DNA from: Ranitomeya imitator
Lineage: Eukaryota
Direction of reading: 5' to 3'
DNA length: 64,000 bases
NCBI RefSeq assembly: GCF_032444005.1
Contig: NC_091286.1
Coordinates: forward strand, 87,296,001-87,360,000
Part shown: positions 61,579 to 64,000 of the stretch, piece after piece
Position numbering within the stretch: position 1 is the first letter of the stretch
Layout of the letters: each line of letters begins with the position of its first letter
Notes under the pieces: generated by a model
The model's database searches: none
The model's input: the letters and a program-made list of their open reading frames with translations, nothing else
What the model was told of the DNA's origin: nothing
Program-made: the position numbers and the translations under genes

Positions 61579-61962
61579 ACATGCTTGGAATAAGTACACA
61601 AACCATGGGAAAAGCATATGCTAATACATACAGTTACTATCTGAAAAATGATACCTAAGGCTTCCAGGTATAGAGTATTCCTGACACGTGGAGAGAACAA
61701 TGCTAAATATGTAAAGACATTGTGCAAGGAGCAGAGTTTGGCAAACAAATCAGTCCCCGCATGTGTATTCATTCGATGAGCTACATATTATTAAATAATT
61801 AGAACAAAGAACAGGGTTTATGTAGATAATATTGGAAGGTCTTTTTTTCTAAATAAATGTAGAATACTACAGATGGTTACAATATTGTCATGGTACACAT
61901 GGATATACACACAACCTACGTCCTGAATTAAAAAAGATTATTATGGAAAGAAGGCCTATGAG

Positions 61963-62198
61963 TAGAGTTGAGCGAATTTTTTCGGATTCGGTTCCGAATA
62001 CGATCGGCAGCGAATATTGTTTTTACAATATTTGTCGAACACATCCGAACGTCATTAGAGTCAACGGGAGTAGAAATTACCGAATATGTTCTAAACCAAT
62101 CATCAAATATAAATTCGGCACAAATAGGGTACAAATATGGCACAGATATGGAAAATTCAGATTCAGCAAGCGAATCTGAACAAATTTGCTCAACTATA
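61963..62198. mobile_element. 236-bp hAT MITE
   Basis: TAGAGTTGAGC / GCTCAACTATA ends with a perfect 8-bp TSD CCTATGAG. Confidence 0.9.
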
Positions 62199-63106
62199 CC
62201 TATGAGATAAATCAAATATCACATCATGGTGCTACAAGGAACAAAATATTGCTATAAAGAAATGTAAAGAGCAAATAGGGTCTTATCCAAGTAGGCAGAA
62301 TTGGTGAACATATAAGGTATGCTCACCTGGTGTGGGTGGGTGTGTATGATACCACCATTATAGGGCATCTAATCAGCTGCTACAGCATCCATAGTGAATT
62401 GACTAGACATTTTTTTCTCCTATACATACACACTTGTCACATCTACCTTTCCACTTATTAGATAGCTCTTTGTCAAGCATGCAAACTAAAACGAATCACA
62501 TACCATACACCAGAGTTCGAATCCAGCAGTTCGATTTATAAAACGCTCTTTTTTTATATTCTTTTCGTTGTTATTAATTTTATGCAATAATTCTTCACAT
62601 TTCTCAAAAAGATTAAAGAGACAACAGCAATAACTTTTTCTTTAAATTTTTATTTAATAAAATTATTTAATTTTGGATGGAAAAAATGACATACATCCCA
62701 TGTGATGGTCTCCTCCCTCCTTTTTATTTTAGCGCCTTTATTTGAATCCTTTGGCATTAAACCACTTTTAACAATTCCTGGTCCCTGGATCCTTGTCTGG
62801 AATTTCACCAGTGCAGAGAAAAATCCGCTTCCCTGGCATCCTGACTCAAGGAACAAAATGGCACTGGGATAATCCCAATCTATAGGGATTCAGGAAAGAA
62901 AGGAGAGGTTTGTGGATGAGTTCCGCGCTTGCTGATCAATGATGAGATGGATATCTTAGATTGTCAAATGGATAGTGGCTTATTCTAAGCGTTTCAAAGT
63001 CCAAATGACTTCTTCATGAGGAAAGACCACTAGAATAGCAAAGGTAGCAAAAGTACCATTTAAATAGTGTACAGATATCAAATGTGAGCACTCCAACTTT
63101 TTCACC

Positions 63107-63590
63107 ATGGCCAAGACCAAAGAGCTGTCTAAAGACACCAAGGAAAAAATTGTAGACGTGGATAAGGCTGGGTTGGGCTACAGACAATAGGCAAGCAGCT
63201 TGATGAGAAGGTAGCAACTATTGGCACAATTATTAGAAAATGGAAGGAACAAAAGATGACTGTCAGAAATTCCTTCATCAGAGGTTTCATGCAAGATCTT
63301 GCCTTAAGGGCTAAGAATAAAAGGTCAGGAATCAGCCCAGAACTACATGGGGTGACCTGGTCAATGACCTGAAGAGAGCTGGTACCATAGTCTCAAACAT
63401 TGCCATTAGTAACAGACTTTACCCGTTTCTGGATTAAAATCCTGCAGGGCACGCAAGGTTCCATTGCTCACGCCAGCACATGTCCAGGCCCATTTGAAGC
63501 TCACTAATACTATCTGGATGATCCAGAGCAGGCATAGAAGAAGATTATGTGGTCAGATGAGACCAAATATAACATTTTGGTATCAACTCC
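63107..63590 (+). pseudogene. Tc1 transposase N-terminal remnant
   Basis: [26 protein letters not shown]...IIRKWK...WSDETK, with frameshifts. Confidence 0.85.
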
Positions 63591-63733
63591 ACTAGCTGGC
63601 ATCTACGCGAAACGCACATCAAGGGGTTCGGCAGGAGGACCCTTGGACAATGCCAGTCACAATGGGTGAGCAGTAACAACCTTTGGGGTACCTATGAGTT
63701 TGGAGACTTTTGTATGGGATACATTACATGTTA

Positions 63734-64000
63734 CCATATTTTCCGGCGTATAAGACGACTTTTTAACCCCTAAAAATTGTCCCAAAAGTTGGGGGTCGTC
63801 TTATACGCCGGGTACGGCTGCAGGGAGCGATCCTGGATGGTTCACAGGGTCTGAAGGAGAGGAGACTCTCCTTCAGGCCCTGGGATCCATATTCATGTAA
63901 AAAATAAAGAATAGAAATAAAAAATATGGATATACTCACCCCTCCGCCGGCCACTGGCTCTCAGCGCTGCAAGTGCCTGCCTCCGTTCCTAAGAATGCAG
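63734..64000 (+). mobile_element. Tc1/pogo-superfamily MITE left end (runs off the window)
   Basis: TA-CCATATTTTCCGGCGTATAAGACGAC with an internal inverted copy GTCGTCTTATACGCCGG. Confidence 0.6.

Noticed and set aside
61227-61772. ORFs spanning the N run
   Set aside because: They are artefacts of translating N as X.
63595-63640. GCGAAACGCAC resembling the 3' half of a hammerhead
   Set aside because: There is no CUGANGA box or helix II upstream.

Overview
This is eukaryotic DNA, almost certainly from a frog (inferred from V-SINE, CR1, T2/Harbinger MITEs and Neptune-type Penelope elements). It consists almost entirely of nested transposable elements. I cannot support any host protein-coding gene, rRNA, tRNA or CRISPR array, and most short ORFs in the track are TE or tandem-repeat artefacts. 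Main contents: (1) Penelope-like retroelements (PLEs): one uninterrupted RT + GIY-YIG ORF (35854-38673), a second PLE family head-to-head with it, and three non-coding PLE-type insertions. Six hammerhead-ribozyme motifs occur across four PLE families. Two of the non-coding insertions are foldback elements with the same layout: inverted arms, each carrying a minimal hammerhead, plus a one-sided tail and a 12-13 bp TSD. (2) Two copies of a 9-10 kb hAT transposon with non-overlapping inactivating lesions, internal satellite arrays, relics of their own transposase, and a CCAAT/ATTGG/TATA promoter module shared with other hAT families. (3) A four-layer nest (Tc1 > Gypsy > solo LTR and hAT MITE/hAT) that expanded a ~1.6 kb Tc1 to 19.4 kb, with a triplicated 8-bp hAT target site. 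(4) Solo LTRs, a Helitron with a minisatellite, a non-autonomous piggyBac, MITEs, SINEs, a CR1 fragment and a 277-N gap. Coordinates were counted by hand and may be off by a few bases.
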